Positions 1 through 12,913 of a stretch of 27,724 nucleotides of DNA are shown one piece after another. The notes beneath the pieces were generated by a model. It searched no databases, had not been told where the DNA came from, and saw nothing but the letters and a program-made list of their open reading frames with translations. Each line of letters starts with the position of its first letter. Position 1 is the stretch's first letter. A program made the translations under genes and the position numbers. The stretch comes from Octopus sinensis (taxonomy: Eukaryota): positions 1 to 27,724 of the forward strand of contig NW_021827587.1 in NCBI RefSeq assembly GCF_006345805.1, given 5' to 3'.

Positions 1-155
1 GGTGGTGGTGGTTTGGTAATGGTGGTGGTGGTGGTGGTGATGGTAGTGGTGTGGTGGTAATGGTGGTGGTGGTGGTGGTGGTGGTGGTAGTGGTGTGGTG
101 GTGGTGGTGGTAATGGTGGTGGTAATGGTGGTGGTGGTGGTGGTGGTGGTGGTAA
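1..155. repeat. (GGT)n-type trinucleotide microsatellite
   Basis: Direct reading: ggtggtggt with gta/aat interruptions. Confidence 0.95.
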
Positions 156-382
156 AGGTGGATGTTGGTGTTAATCGTTGCTCCTTTCTCATTTCTGTTC
201 TTCTTCATTTTAATGTTAGTCAAGCTCTGTTAGAGTGATGCTAGAAGGTGTTCCAGACGTGACCATTCCATCTTTTTCTGAGTATAAAAATCCACGACCA
301 AACGCATCCATTAATAAACGATTTCAGGGAGATTTGGCTGCTATTTCTACCAGGTCTAGATACTATGTAGGGGTCTCCCTAA

Positions 383-419
383 CTGGCTCATACACACACA
401 CGCACGGACACACACACAC

Positions 420-458
<39 letters not shown>

Positions 459-510
459 TCACACACACGCACACGCACACTCTCTCACACACACACATAC
501 ATACATACAT
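383..510. repeat. (CA)n microsatellite
   Basis: Direct reading; explains the HT-repeat ORF 235..597. Confidence 0.95.
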
Positions 511-698
511 AAGACAGTAGGGTGTTATTCGAGGTGGATTTGGCTGCTATTTCTAGCAAGTCTCCCTAAGTGGTCCATCGATTATCATTGCTATTGATTG
601 TGTTAGTGATGGTGTAAATGGTTATTTTGCGGCCGATAACTAATTAATTAATTAACTAATTAATGCTGTGATATTGACAATGACGTGAGGGTGGCGAA

Positions 699-1100
699 GG
701 CGGCGAGCTGGTAGAAACGTTAGCACGCCGGGCGAAATGCTTTGTTGTATTTCGTCTGCCGATACGTTCTGAGTTCAAATTCCGCCGAGGTCGACTTTGC
801 CTTTCATCCTTTCGGGGTCGATTAAATAAGTACCAGTTACGCACTGGGGTCGATATAATCGACTTAATCCGTTTGTCTGTCCTTGTTTGTTCTCTCTGTA
901 TTTATCCCCTTGTGGGTAGTAAAGATATAGGTATTTCGTCTGTTGTTACGTTCTGAGTTCAAATTCTGCCGTGGTTGACATTGCTTTTTATCCTTCGGAG
1001 TCGATATATAAGTACCAGTCATGTGCTGGGGTCGATGTACACGACTTCTCCTCACCTCCCGAAGTTGCTGGCCTGGTGCCAAAATTTGAAACTATCATTT
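699..1100 (+). mobile_element. SINE-B (tRNA-derived), internally duplicated copy
   Basis: Head ggcggcgagctggtagaaacgttagc (A-box-like), B-box gagttcaaattc, body ctttgcctttcatcctttcggggtcga..aagtaccag, hairpin gtcgat-ata-atcgac. The body occurs twice and the same sequence recurs elsewhere in the window. Confidence 0.85.
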
Positions 1101-1103
1101 TAA

Positions 1104-1311
1104 GGCGGCGAGCTGGCAGAATCGTTACTGTACCGGACAAAATGCTTAGTAGCATGTCATCCGTATATACGTTCCGAGTTCAATTTCCAATGAAGTTATC
1201 TTTGCTTTTCATCCCTTTCGGGGTCGATAAAGTAGGTACCAGTTGAACAATGATACTTATTTATTTATCGTCTTCCCTGAAATTGCTGGCCTTGTGCCAA
1301 AATATGAAACC
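1104..1311 (+). mobile_element. SINE-B copy directly after the previous copy's tail
   Basis: ggcggcgagctggcagaatcgtt head; 3' end ggccttgtgccaaaatatgaaacc runs into (ATC)n. Confidence 0.85.
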
Positions 1312-1324
1312 ATCATCGTCGCCG

Positions 1325-1362
<38 letters not shown>

Positions 1363-1579
1363 GTCATCATCATCATCATCACCATCATCGTCGTCGTCGT
1401 TATCATCAACATCATTACCATCGTCGTCATCATCATCATCATCATCATCATCATCGTCATCATCGTCGTCGTCGTTATCATCGTCATCATCATCATCATC
1501 ATCATCATCGTCATCATCATCATCGTCATCATCATCATCATCGTCGTCGTCGTTATCATCATCATCATTACCATCGTCG

Positions 1580-1617
<38 letters not shown>

Positions 1618-1866
1618 GTCGTCGTCGTTATCATCATCATCATCATCGTCATTGTCATCATCATCATCATCATCGTCGTCGTCGTCGTTATCATCATCAT
1701 CATTACCATCGTCGTCATCATCATTATCATCATCGTCATCATCATCATCATCATCACCGTCATCATCATCATCATCATCGTCATCATCATCATCATCATC
1801 ACCGTCATCGTCATCATCATCATCGTCGTCGTCGTCATCGTCATCATCATCACCATCGTCGTCATC
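1311..1866 (+). repeat. ~555-bp (ATC/GTC)n microsatellite, expanded SINE-B tail
   Basis: Direct reading; source of the poly-I/S/D/M ORFs. Confidence 0.95.
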
Positions 1867-1868
1867 AA

Positions 1869-1950
1869 GGCAGCGAGATGGCAGAATCGTTAGCATCCTG
1901 GACAAATATATTTAACATTTCTCCGGATATTTATGTTCGTCCTTTCGACT
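1869..1950 (+). mobile_element. SINE-B head fragment
   Basis: ggcagcgagatggcagaatcgttagc matches the other SINE-B heads. Confidence 0.65.
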
Positions 1951-1964
1951 TACCCCACCCCAGT

Positions 1965-2300
1965 ATTTCAGGCCCAGAACTCATCGACTTTTCTCAAGTT
2001 TCACTTGAAAAAGGAAGTGGGGGCAGAAAAGGGAAGTGCTTCCTTTGAGCAATTTTGTTGAAAGGTGAATGTGACATGAGCGGTCCAAGTGAACGGGTTC
2101 TATATCAGGCATGCGCCTGTCGTTTGAAGGAAGACGATGAAGGAAAGACTCTTACCTTAGGCGACTGTGGTTTTGTGGGGTTTTTCACGATCAGCCCTGA
2201 GAAGTCTCCCACTTTGGGGGAAAATTTTCATTATTAAGATTATATTCAGTGATGTTCTTTTTTAAAAAGCTCCTTTGTGTAACCCCACATTGTATTGTCC
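1965..2300 (+). mobile_element. Degenerate 3' fragment of a probable L1/Tx1-like LINE (copy 1)
   Basis: Diverged paralogue of 2490-2870: ctcatcgactttt..ca(c)ttgaaaa, ggttttgtggggttttt, ctcctttgtgtaa..ccccaca. Confidence 0.4.
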
Positions 2301-2334
2301 TGTACCACCCCAATGCTTTTCTGAACCCCTACTG

Positions 2335-2921
2335 GTGATAAAGAAAGCTGTTGTTATTCGTGTGTATGATGACTGACTATGGGGACGGCACCACCACGCA
2401 GGGCAGACGGTGTTCCTCTGTCTAATAGCTATGGCCAAAGAGGTTGTGTGGTGGACGACGTTGAAAGGATTGAGCAAAGACATTTTCGTCTTCGGTCAAA
2501 CCCTCATCGACTTTTTAAAGTTCCACTTGAAAAGGAAAGCGAGGGTGGAGAAAGAAGTGCCCCCGTCCCAGTGGATTTATGAAAAGATTGATGACTGTAG
2601 CAAAAATAGTTAGAATGAATGGCCCTCTTCTAAGAATGCACTTAGAGAGCAACAGTTGGGAGAGGGCTTGCACCTTTGATGGTGAGGGTAATCCTGGTTT
2701 TGTGGGGTTTTTTGATTGGCCCTAGTTGTGGATTCTCCTGTGTCAGGAGGACTGCATCATCCATGTTATCATATACTTTGCATATTGTGGATACTACTTT
2801 TATCGCATTTCACCGACTTTTCCATCTCTTTTGGCCCCTCCTTTATGTAAATCCCCACACTAATCGTTGACTACACTTGTTATGTCCCTTTCGTCTATGC
2901 TTCTGCGGCTAATAAAGAAAA
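2335..2921 (+). mobile_element. 3' end of a probable L1/Tx1-like LINE (ORF2 C-terminus, 3' UTR, AATAAA)
   Basis: ORF 2410..2613 (FLCLIAMAKEVVWWTTLKGL..QTLIDFLKFHLKRKARVEKE) resembles L1/Tx1 ORF2 C-termini as I recall them; ends in aataaagaaaa. Clade call is from memory. Confidence 0.5.
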
Positions 2922-2948
2922 TTGTCGTCGTCGTCGTCGTCGTCATCA

Positions 2949-3515
2949 AAGTACAAGATAAGACATCAAATGCCAAAATCTTATAAAAATGTAATATTTC
3001 CTGTATCACAAGCACATCGCTGAGAATTCAGTTCAGATGCATAGGACATGTGGTTCGAATGAAAGATGATCGCATTCCAAAAATTCTTTTGTACGGCCAA
3101 CAAGTAGAGGGACACCACCGTAAGGCAAGACCGGTCCTTAGGTATGAGAATAAGTTGAGACAGTCACTAAAATGTCTACAGCTTAGTTTGACATCTTGAG
3201 AAAGTCATCGCCTAGATTGATCAGCATGACTGTCACGACGCATCCAAACAATTTGAGTTGAAGAAACGGAAAACTAAAAGAATTCTATCCTGCAGCCAGC
3301 AGACACTTTTGTCCAATCCCAGGCAAAATCAAAATCATTATTGTCCCCAGAGGGACTTCACAGCAAAATCCATTCCTGGACTCTAATTACATTCACACAT
3401 CCATCGCAAAGAGATGCAGCTTCTTTTCATTTTAAAATTTGTTTTTCTTAATTCTTTTCCTCAAACATTCTATACGTCGGAATCGACGGGAGTGGCCATC
3501 ATCATCATCATCATC
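2949..3515 (+). mobile_element. RTE-clade LINE 3' fragment with (ATC)n tail
   Basis: Frame near 3005-3175 reads SLRIQFRCIGHVVRMKDDRIPKILLYGQQVEGHHRKARPVLRYENKLRQSLK, like the RTE motif LRW.GHV.RM.D.R.PK..LYG; terminal hairpin cgtcg-gaat-cgacg (3475-3488), then (ATC)n. Confidence 0.8.
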
Positions 3516-3529
3516 ATTATCATTGAAGG

Positions 3530-3663
3530 CGTCGCACAAAATCCAATGTTGTGATGTAGTTGATTGAAGATGTTGTGGGCACTGGGGGGAGGGTTATTAT
3601 AAACACAAGGACCTCAGACATACACAACTTTACGCCGTATGCGGGCAGTTCCAAGTAACGCCG
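3530..3663 (-). mobile_element. R4/Dong-type retrotransposon extreme 3' stub
   Basis: Minus strand reads ALLGTARIRRKVVYV*, the conserved RLE C-terminal motif; short 3' UTR, then (AAT/GAT)n. Confidence 0.65.
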
Positions 3664-3975
3664 ATAGGTAAAATGCTTACCGGTATTTCGTCCATCTTAA
3701 AACGTTCTCAGTTAAAATTCCGCCGAGGTCGACTTTGCCCTTCATCCTTTCAGGAGTCAACAAATTAAGGAACAGTTGAGCACTGGACTCGAGTAATCGA
3801 TATATTCTGGCCGTGTGCCAAAATTTGAAATCATTATTATCATCACGCCGGATTAAAGGCTTAGCAGCATTTCGTCCGTCTTTACGTTCTGAGTTCAAAT
3901 TCCACCGAAGTCAACTTTGGTGAAGCACTGGGGTCGATGTAATCGACTAGTCACCCTCCGCCAAAATTTCAGGCT
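3664..3975 (+). mobile_element. SINE-B, partly duplicated, with (TTA)n tail
   Basis: gtcgactttgcccttcatcctttcagg, ggggtcgatgtaatcgac, ccaaaatttcaggc, then ttattattatt. Confidence 0.8.
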
Positions 3976-3990
3976 TATTATTATTATTAT

Positions 3991-4300
3991 GGGTTTTTCT
4001 TCTTTCAAATTTGCTTCCATTTCTTGCCGTGTGTCTTCCCGACTCCTAGGGCAAAGAAACTCATAGTATACATTGGTAGGCCATTAAACTAAACTTACTA
4101 ATTCGTTCATTTTTTTTTTTGATAGAAATAAAGTTAAATTAAAATACATGGGTAGTAATAGTTCTCACATCGACAATGCTCTTCTCAATACGTGTGATGT
4201 ACCAGTTAAGACAATCTTTTGCACTTCTTGCAGGGATGGTAAGCCAGGGATCATTCTCATATAATTTTCGGTTCCCTTCTTGATCATTCCTAGTGCTCCT

Positions 4301-4303
<3 letters not shown>
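3991..4303 (-). mobile_element. R4/Dong-type 3' fragment (a)
   Basis: ORF 4165..4377 contains IGALGMIKKGTENYMRMIPGLPSLQEVQKIVLTGTSHVLRRALSM*; (TAA)n on both sides. Confidence 0.85.
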
Positions 4304-5328
<1,025 letters not shown>

Positions 5329-5332
<4 letters not shown>

Positions 5333-5487
5333 TAGTTTTATTTTTATAGCGTGCTTTCACTTCACTACCGAGCGCAGCTCTGTGTGCCTTGGGTATGTGT
5401 TGTGATTTGTTGTGATGCTCTGATGGTTACTGTATGGAAAGTGTTCTGCGTAGGATGTGTGCAGTGCCTAGTAGTGCAATTTTCTGT
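5329..5487 (-). mobile_element. R4/Dong-type 3' stub (c)
   Basis: Minus strand reads QKIALLGTAHILRRTLSIQ* plus 3' UTR, between two (TAA)n arrays. Confidence 0.8.
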
Positions 5488-5488
5488 A

Positions 5489-5576
<88 letters not shown>

Positions 5577-7860
5577 CATATGTTTGACTTTTGCTTTGTA
5601 TTTGTACAAGTTGGCTCCAAATTTCATCCAGAGACCTCAAGAGACAACAAGTTAGAAGTTCATGTTGGTGTTATGCCTAGGGTGCCATATATTTGGTTTT
5701 GTACATAGTGTTGTTCTAGAGAATGTTTAAGAAAACATAAGAAAATTATAAGTTTGTTTTAAAATTTGAGATTACATAAAAAGTATTTTATGAAGGACAT
5801 GGGTAGTTTTTGAATTTCTGCCATTTTGGGATTATCTGGTATCTGAGCTATGTAGAAATGAGCCCATTTTGCTATCATTCCTAAGGCCCCTATGACAACA
5901 GGTATTATTTTAGTCTTGAGGTTCCGCATTTTGCCAATATCTATTTCAAGATATTTATACTTGCTCAATTTTTGGTAGGTCTTGACAGATATATTTATGT
6001 CGATTGGGACAGTCATATCAATGAGGAGGCATGATTTTTGTCTGAAATTCGCATATATCTTTCTGTTAGTTTGAACAGTGAAGTTCCAGAGGAGTGAGAT
6101 GTGATAATTTTCAAGCACTGGTGGTAGTTTGTGTTTCCACTACATGTTATCATAGGGCAGGTCCAAGTTTTTGCAATATATTGTTCTGCTCCATCATGCC
6201 TGTTGAGATACTCTGTCGACGCAAGAAGACTGCATATGGAGACAGCATGATCAATGGTTTCGTTTTGCTGTTTACATACACGATATGTTGAGCTACTGCT
6301 GTTCTTTAATATGTTGGCCTGGTAGTTCCTTGTATAGGTAGGCATTGATCTTGGCCTGCTATGATAAACCCTTCTGTTTCTGATTCTAAGCCAGAAGACA
6401 CTAGCCATTGATGGGTAAGGGCTTTGTCAACATTGGCACTATTAGCTCTCTTTGGGTATTTGCCATTGAGAGGTTTTTCTTGCCATTTATCAGTCAGAAT
6501 ATCTAAGGCAACAGTTTTCGCACGGGTTTTCATAAACTTAGCTTTTTCTGTGCTTGTTTCCAGTTTGTCTAATTCTGGGGTTTGTTGTATTTGGAATTCA
6601 CTTAGGTATTCCTTTGCCTGTTTTGTTACTGAGTTTGATGTTTTCTTGTTTTCATTTTTTGAGACAAATTTTAACATCCAGTCCTCAAAGTTTTTTCAGG
6701 TAGATGCTTAAGTCAATTGTGGCAATCTTCATTGTTAATTCCAGTTGTAAAAGTCCACGGCCTCCCTCTTTTCTTGGCAGATAAAGTCGTTCTGTATCTG
6801 CCTTAGGGTGGTGCATTCTATGCATTGTCAACAATTTTCGTATTTTTCTGTCAAGATTACATCTTTTAGTAATTGACCACATAACGATATTGAAACTGTA
6901 AGTCACGACTGGTATGGCTAAAATATTGATCGCTTCGATCCTGTTTCTTGCATTCAGCTCTGTCTTGAGTATTGCCCTTACCCTGCGATAACATTCTTTT
7001 CTGATCCTTTCCCTCATCACTGAATGCTTGATTCCGTCCCCTTCAAATGTCCCTAGGTATTTGTAGCTCTCCGCTGGTTCTAACTCCTTTATGACATTCT
7101 GCTGGTCAAGAATAACGTTGGATGTTTCTATCATTTTTCCTTTGATAAAGGTAGCTTTTGCACATTTATCGAGGTCAAATTGCATTCTGATGTCATCGCT
7201 GAATTGTTTTCAAAGAGCTTTAAGTCATCCATGTAAATGAGATGATTTATATTTTCAACAAACATTTTATAGCCACATTGTACATCATCGAGCAATTTCG
7301 AGAGAGGTATTAAGGCTAAACAAAAGAGGAGTGGTGATAGAGTGTCACACTGGAAAATGCCACAAGAAATTCTTACATCTCCAGCATTTAGAGATTCATT
7401 GATACTGTTCAAAGTTAGAATGTTTCAAAACCTGAAGTTTGACAAGACTATCAAACCAACAAAAATCCGAAAATTAAAGAAGTATAATATGAAAACCATA
7501 CTTAACATCGATTTTTTGCGAATTTTTGGGCGAGCGTCACGTTCATTCATAGCTGTTTCTTTAATTTTCAACCATTCAATCATGATTTGATTTTTTTTAG
7601 ATCATCTAATTCAGTTGCGTCAATTTCTGTGTGACTTTCTCCATCCAGTTTATTTTCATTTGCCTTAGTGTTTGTTTATGGTTAGTTCAGAGAGTATTTC
7701 ACTTTGCCTATCAATTACATTGACTCTTTCTATCATTATTGCATTTCCATCAGACCTGGGTTCGTCTATAATTATTTCCTCTTTCGTATCTTCTTTAGCT
7801 GAAACTTCGTTTCCTTTTACCCCTTACTCATTGTTTAATTTGATCAGTCTCTGATTCAGT

Positions 7861-8075
7861 TCTCTCTTTACTCTCTTTTACTTGTTTCAGTCATTTGACT
7901 GCGGCCATGCTGGAGCACCGCCTTTAGTCGAGCAAATCGACCCCGGGACTTATTCTTTGTAAGCCCAGTACTTATTCTATCGGTCTCTTTTGCCGAACCG
8001 CTAAGTGACGGGGACGTAAACACACCAGCATCGGTTGTCAAGCAATGCTAGGGGGACAAACACACACACACATAC

Positions 8076-8118
<43 letters not shown>

Positions 8119-8280
8119 GACAGGCTTCTTTCAGTTTCCGTCTACCAAATCCACTCACAGGGCATTGGTCGGCCCGGGGCTATAGCAGAAGACACTTTCC
8201 CAAGATGCCACGCAGTGGGACTGAACCCGGAACCATGTGGTTGGTTAGCAAGCTACTTACCACACAGCCACTCCTGCGCC
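7861..8280 (-). mobile_element. SINE-A (tRNA-derived) inserted in element (d)
   Basis: Head ggcgcaggagtggctgtgtggtaag (A box), ggttcagtccc (B box), internal (TA)(TG) tract, 3' tail cagtcaaatgactgaaacaagtaaaagag; splits the host reading between KKKLLT and ELNQ. Confidence 0.92.
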
Positions 8281-8824
8281 TAGTTAGTAATTTCTTTTTC
8301 ATAATATTTCTTCTGACAAGTTTGTTACTGTCGATGTAGGATCTTACTTCAAGGTGTTTCTGTCTCCAGTTTAGCCAGGTATGTTCAGTATTAGATTTAT
8401 TTGTGGGGAAATACATGGCAAGATAGAAGACCTTAAGAACTCCTTTATTATTATCTCTCCTCGACCACTTTTCATTCTTTTTCGTTTGGCTATTCATGAC
8501 GAGTGTGGATAATCGTATGTTGAAATATTTCGGTTGGGGGGGGGGGGTACTTCCAACTCCTGTGTTTCGGGAAGATTTGAACTAGTAGCTGATTTTTCGT
8601 ATATAGTCTCGTTCTTCACAGGGGTGCGCAGCCCTTGTTGATACGGGTGACGGTGTGTATTTTGTTTTGTTATCATTGAGGCATGACGAGCGTGGACGTT
8701 GACATTAGGGGACGGATCTGTCTGTTTAGGGTTGATTTTTTGAGACAACACGGCCTCCGAGTTTTCTGATTGGAAACATTGCTCTTAAAATAGCTTCTGA
8801 AGGCTGACAGATCTCTATTCGTTT

Positions 8825-9084
8825 CTTTACTCTCTCTCTTTTACTTGTTTCAATCATTTGACTGCGGCCATGCTGGAGCACCGCCTTTAGTCGAGCAAAT
8901 CGACCCCGGGACTTATTCTTTGTAAGCCCAGTACTTATTCTATCGGTCTCTTTTGCCGAACCGCTAAGTGACGAGGACGTAAACACACCAGCATCGGTTG
9001 TCAAGCAATGCTAGGGGGACAAACACAGACGCACAAACACATACACCACACACACACACACACACACACATACATATATATATA

Positions 9085-9153
<69 letters not shown>

Positions 9154-9316
9154 CGACAGGCTTCTTTCAGTTTCCGTCTACCAAATCCACTCACAAGGCA
9201 TTGGTCGGCCCGGGGCTATTGTAGAAGACACTTGCCCAAGATGCCACGCAGTGGGACTGAACCCGGAACCATGTGGTTGGTAGGCAAGCTACTTACCACA
9301 CAGCCACTCCTGCGCC
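8825..9316 (-). mobile_element. SINE-A full length
   Basis: Near-identical to 7861-8280. Confidence 0.92.
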
Positions 9317-9769
9317 TATATTTTTTTGTTGACAGATTTTTTTTTTTTGTGGTGTTTAAATTTATGAATTGTTCACTCTGTGTTAGTTCGAAAAATAAAA
9401 AAAAATATTTTGTTATTTTTTGCTTAGTTTGTGAAACGTGCTTTCCAATGCGTGTATGTGTGTCATGTAAATTCCATGTAGTTGTGTAAACGTAGGTGTT
9501 AAAATGTAGTTATGATTGCATAGACATTCGAGTGTGTATGCGTAATTAATCAATTTACGCACTTACTGTTTTGTTCCGCTTATATTTTATGATTTTTAAA
9601 CTTTGCGATGTTGATTTCACATGCGTCTTTCGCACAAGTTTCAATGAGACATCCTGCATGGCAGAAACTCTGCTTTGCATGGCAGTAAATTTTCGGTTTT
9701 GCGATTACTTTTGTTAAAAAGCCGCTTCTTTCAAGCCTATTATTGTTGTTGTTGTTGCTATTATTATAA

Positions 9770-10428
9770 GGCGGCGAGCTGGCAGAACCATTAGCACGTT
9801 GGGCGAAATGCGTAGCCGCTTTTCGTCTGTCGTTACGTTCTGAGTTCAAATTCTGCCGATGTTGACTTTGCCTTTCATCCTTTCGGGGTCGATAAATTAA
9901 GTACCAGTTACACATTGGGGTCGATGTAATCCTTTCGGGGTCGATAAATTAAGTACCAGTTACACACTGGGGTCGATGTAATCGACTTAATCCCTTTGTC
10001 TGTCCTTGTTTGTCCCCTCTATGTTTGGCCCCTTGTGGGTAATAAAGAAACAGGTATTTCGTCTGCCGCTACGTTCTGAGTTCAAATTCTGCCGAGGTCA
10101 ACTTTGCCTTTTATCCTTTCGGGGTCGATAAATTAAGAACCAGTTACACATTGGGGTCGATATAATCGACTTAACCCGTTTGTCTGTCCTTGTTTGTCCC
10201 CTCTGTGTTTAGCCCCTTGTGGGTAGTAAAGAAATAGGTATTTTGCTTGTTGCTACGTTCTGAGTTCAAATTCCGCCGACGTCGACTTTGCCTTTCATCC
10301 TTTAGGGGTCGATAAAGTAAGTACCAGTTGCGTACTGGGGTCGATCAAATCGACTGGCCCTCTCCCCCAAAATTTCAGGCCTTGTGCCTATAGTAGAAAG
10401 GTTTATTATTATTATTATTATTATTAAT
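9770..10428 (+). mobile_element. SINE-B multimer with ~183-bp internal tandem units and (TTA)n tail
   Basis: One head followed by repeated gttctgagttcaaatt..ggggtcgataaattaag..gtcgat.taatcgac units; ends ggccttgtgcctatagtagaaagg plus (TTA)n. Confidence 0.88.
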
Positions 10429-10751
10429 ATTGGTGGTAGTGGTAGTGTGCAGCGGTGATGTGAACATAAACAGATTGACAGCAGTTTGTGGTGGTGGTGG
10501 TGGTGGTGGTGGTGACGGCGGCGGCAATGGTGCTGTTTTCTCACAGACGGTGCCCAACTGACCCTACTTTACTATGTAGTCGGCAAAATCAAATGCAAAC
10601 AACGTGCATGCGCAAAATTAAAAATATAAAAGGACGACAATTTACCCATCGCACCCTGAATATACATATATGTATGTGTGTGTGTGTGTATGTATGCATG
10701 CATGTATGTATGTATGAATGTATGTATATATATATATATATGTATATATAT

Positions 10752-10965
10752 TACTCTTTACTCTTTTACTTGTTTCAGTCATTTGACTGCGGCCATGCTG
10801 GAGCACCGCCTTTAGTCGATCAAATCGACCCCGATACTTATTCTTTTGTAAGCCCAGTACTTATTTTATCGGTCTCTTTTGCCGAACCGCTAAGTGACGG
10901 GGACATAAACACTCCAGCATCGGTTATCAAGCAATGCTAGAGGGACAAACACAGACACACAAACC

Positions 10966-10999
<34 letters not shown>

Positions 11000-11150
11000 C
11001 ATATATACGACAGGCTTCTTTCAGTTTCCGTCTACCAAATCTACTCACAAGGCATTGGTCGGGCCGGGCTATAGCAGAAGAAACTTGCCCAAGATGAACC
11101 CGGAACCATGTGGTTGGTTAGCAAGCTACTTACCACACAGCCACTCCTGC
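10752..11150 (-). mobile_element. SINE-A with a small deletion near the B box
   Basis: Matches other SINE-A copies; lacks ccacgcagtgggact near 11095. Confidence 0.9.
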
Positions 11151-11169
11151 CACCACACACACACAACAC

Positions 11170-11178
11170 ACACACATA

Positions 11179-11212
<34 letters not shown>

Positions 11213-11249
11213 GTATATATACATGTATAATATTATATATATATATATC

Positions 11250-11306
<57 letters not shown>

Positions 11307-11379
11307 TATATATATATATATTAATATATATATGTATATATTATATATATAATATATATATATATATAATATATATATA

Positions 11380-11413
<34 letters not shown>

Positions 11414-11420
11414 CTATATA
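11170..11420. repeat. (TA)n-rich low-complexity tract
   Basis: Direct reading; similar tracts at 13330-13815, 14458-14592, 15210-15444, 20860-21780 and 21990-22380. Confidence 0.95.
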
Positions 11421-11522
11421 ATCTTATTTTCTTTTTATTTTCATTTGCTTTCCTAATATTTTCTTTTGTATCATCCTCACCCTTCGCCACCTCCACCTTC
11501 TCCTCATAATTCTTATCTTCTT

Positions 11523-11523
11523 T

Positions 11524-11566
<43 letters not shown>

Positions 11567-11950
11567 CATTATTATTGTCATTATGATTTTAAAAAACATG
11601 AAATTATAGTTTAATATTTTTAAATTCTAAAAAACGAATATATTTTTTAAAAATTAATTTAAATTCTCTACCTGCAATTACTATTTTAATCTACTTTCCG
11701 TCTTAATTACTCTTCCGCTCCTCAACTCTACCATCTATTGTTATTAACCCTTTACTACCCCACTGCCACCACCACCACCACCACCAACACCAACACCACC
11801 ACTACCACCACCACCGCCACCACCACCACCAACCACTCACCGCCTATACCGCCACTACCACCATCACCAGGTAGACTACGACAACGATGACGACAACACC
11901 ACCATGACGGCCACCATCATAGCCACTACCACCATCACCATCACAACCAC
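11523..11950. repeat. (CTA)n and (CAC)n low-complexity tracts
   Basis: Direct reading. Confidence 0.85.
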
Positions 11951-12454
11951 TCAGGACCGATTTAACTGCACAACTATATTCAGCTGCTCTCAAAAACTAA
12001 CCCAATCTGACATTGAACTTCTCCCTCTCTCTCTCTCCCTCTCCTTCTCCTGTCGCTCTCTGTTTTCTTCTCTCCCTCTCCCTCCCTCCCTCTCTCACTC
12101 CTTCTCTCTCACTCTGTCGTCTGCTTGCTTCCATTTTGTTTTTCCTTTCAATTTTTTCCTAGCAGCAGACATATTGATGTGGGTTGTTTATTTTTTTTTC
12201 ATATCCTTTTTATATTTCCCTGCACCATCCGCCCCACCTCACTCTGTCCTCGTTTTTTTTTCCTTCTTCAGCAACGATGACATTTCCTCAATTTGATGAA
12301 AAAAATAAAACCAAACAACTTCATTTTGTTAAACATGTTGTTGATTTTAGAATTTCTCTCTCGCTCCCTACGTCTCTCTCTCTCTCTCTCTCTCTCTCTC
12401 ATGATATATATATATACATACATACATACATACATACATACAAACATACATACA

Positions 12455-12488
<34 letters not shown>

Positions 12489-12603
12489 CATGTATGTGTG
12501 TGTGTGTGTGTGTATAAATATATACTCATACAAACACCTACCAAAATTCACATATAGAGATGTAATATACATAAACATAAAAACTACACATAGTATATTA
12601 TAC

Positions 12604-12634
<31 letters not shown>

Positions 12635-12734
12635 CCATATGTTAAATAGACACATATGTATATATATACACATACATTCACACACATGTGGGATGTGTAT
12701 ATGGCTTGATCTTCCATATTTTTCATTTTTTGTC

Positions 12735-12745
12735 ATTATTTTAAT

Positions 12746-12817
<72 letters not shown>

Positions 12818-12882
12818 TGATGATGATGATGATGATGATGATAATAATAATAATAATTATAATAATAATAATAATAATGATA

Positions 12883-12913
<31 letters not shown>

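Larger units (their letters stand above)
5581..9738 (-). mobile_element. Near-full-span, decayed R4/Dong-type retrotransposon (d) with two SINE-A insertions
   Basis: RT motifs GIFQCDTLSPLLF and HLIYMDDLKLF (7131..7412); KYLG and HPKADTERLYLPRKEGGRGL (6685..7185); CRVC..ETIDHAVSIC zinc knuckle; RLE (5759..6118, PVVIGALG); N-terminal remnants 7500-8820; AAT-rich repeats at both ends; many frameshifts. Confidence 0.85.

Noticed and set aside
1243-1915. Four ORFs over 200 aa (poly-I, poly-S, poly-M, poly-D)
   Set aside because: Translations of the stop-free (ATC/GTC)n array; no coding signal.
9643-9738. Possible HDV-like or hammerhead ribozyme at the R4 5' end
   Set aside because: Only short hairpins found by eye; no nested double pseudoknot or catalytic core could be assigned.
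9770-10402. Regularly spaced repeats resembling a CRISPR array
   Set aside because: Units are ~183 bp with no unique spacers, they match SINE-B, and the context is eukaryotic.
10540-10660. Possible exon after the acceptor-like tgttttctcacag
   Set aside because: No convincing donor or recognisable peptide; surrounded by low-complexity DNA.
12120-12200. Polypyrimidine tract with tandem acceptor-like ctagcagcag
   Set aside because: No supportable exon follows; (CT)n DNA produces such sites by chance.
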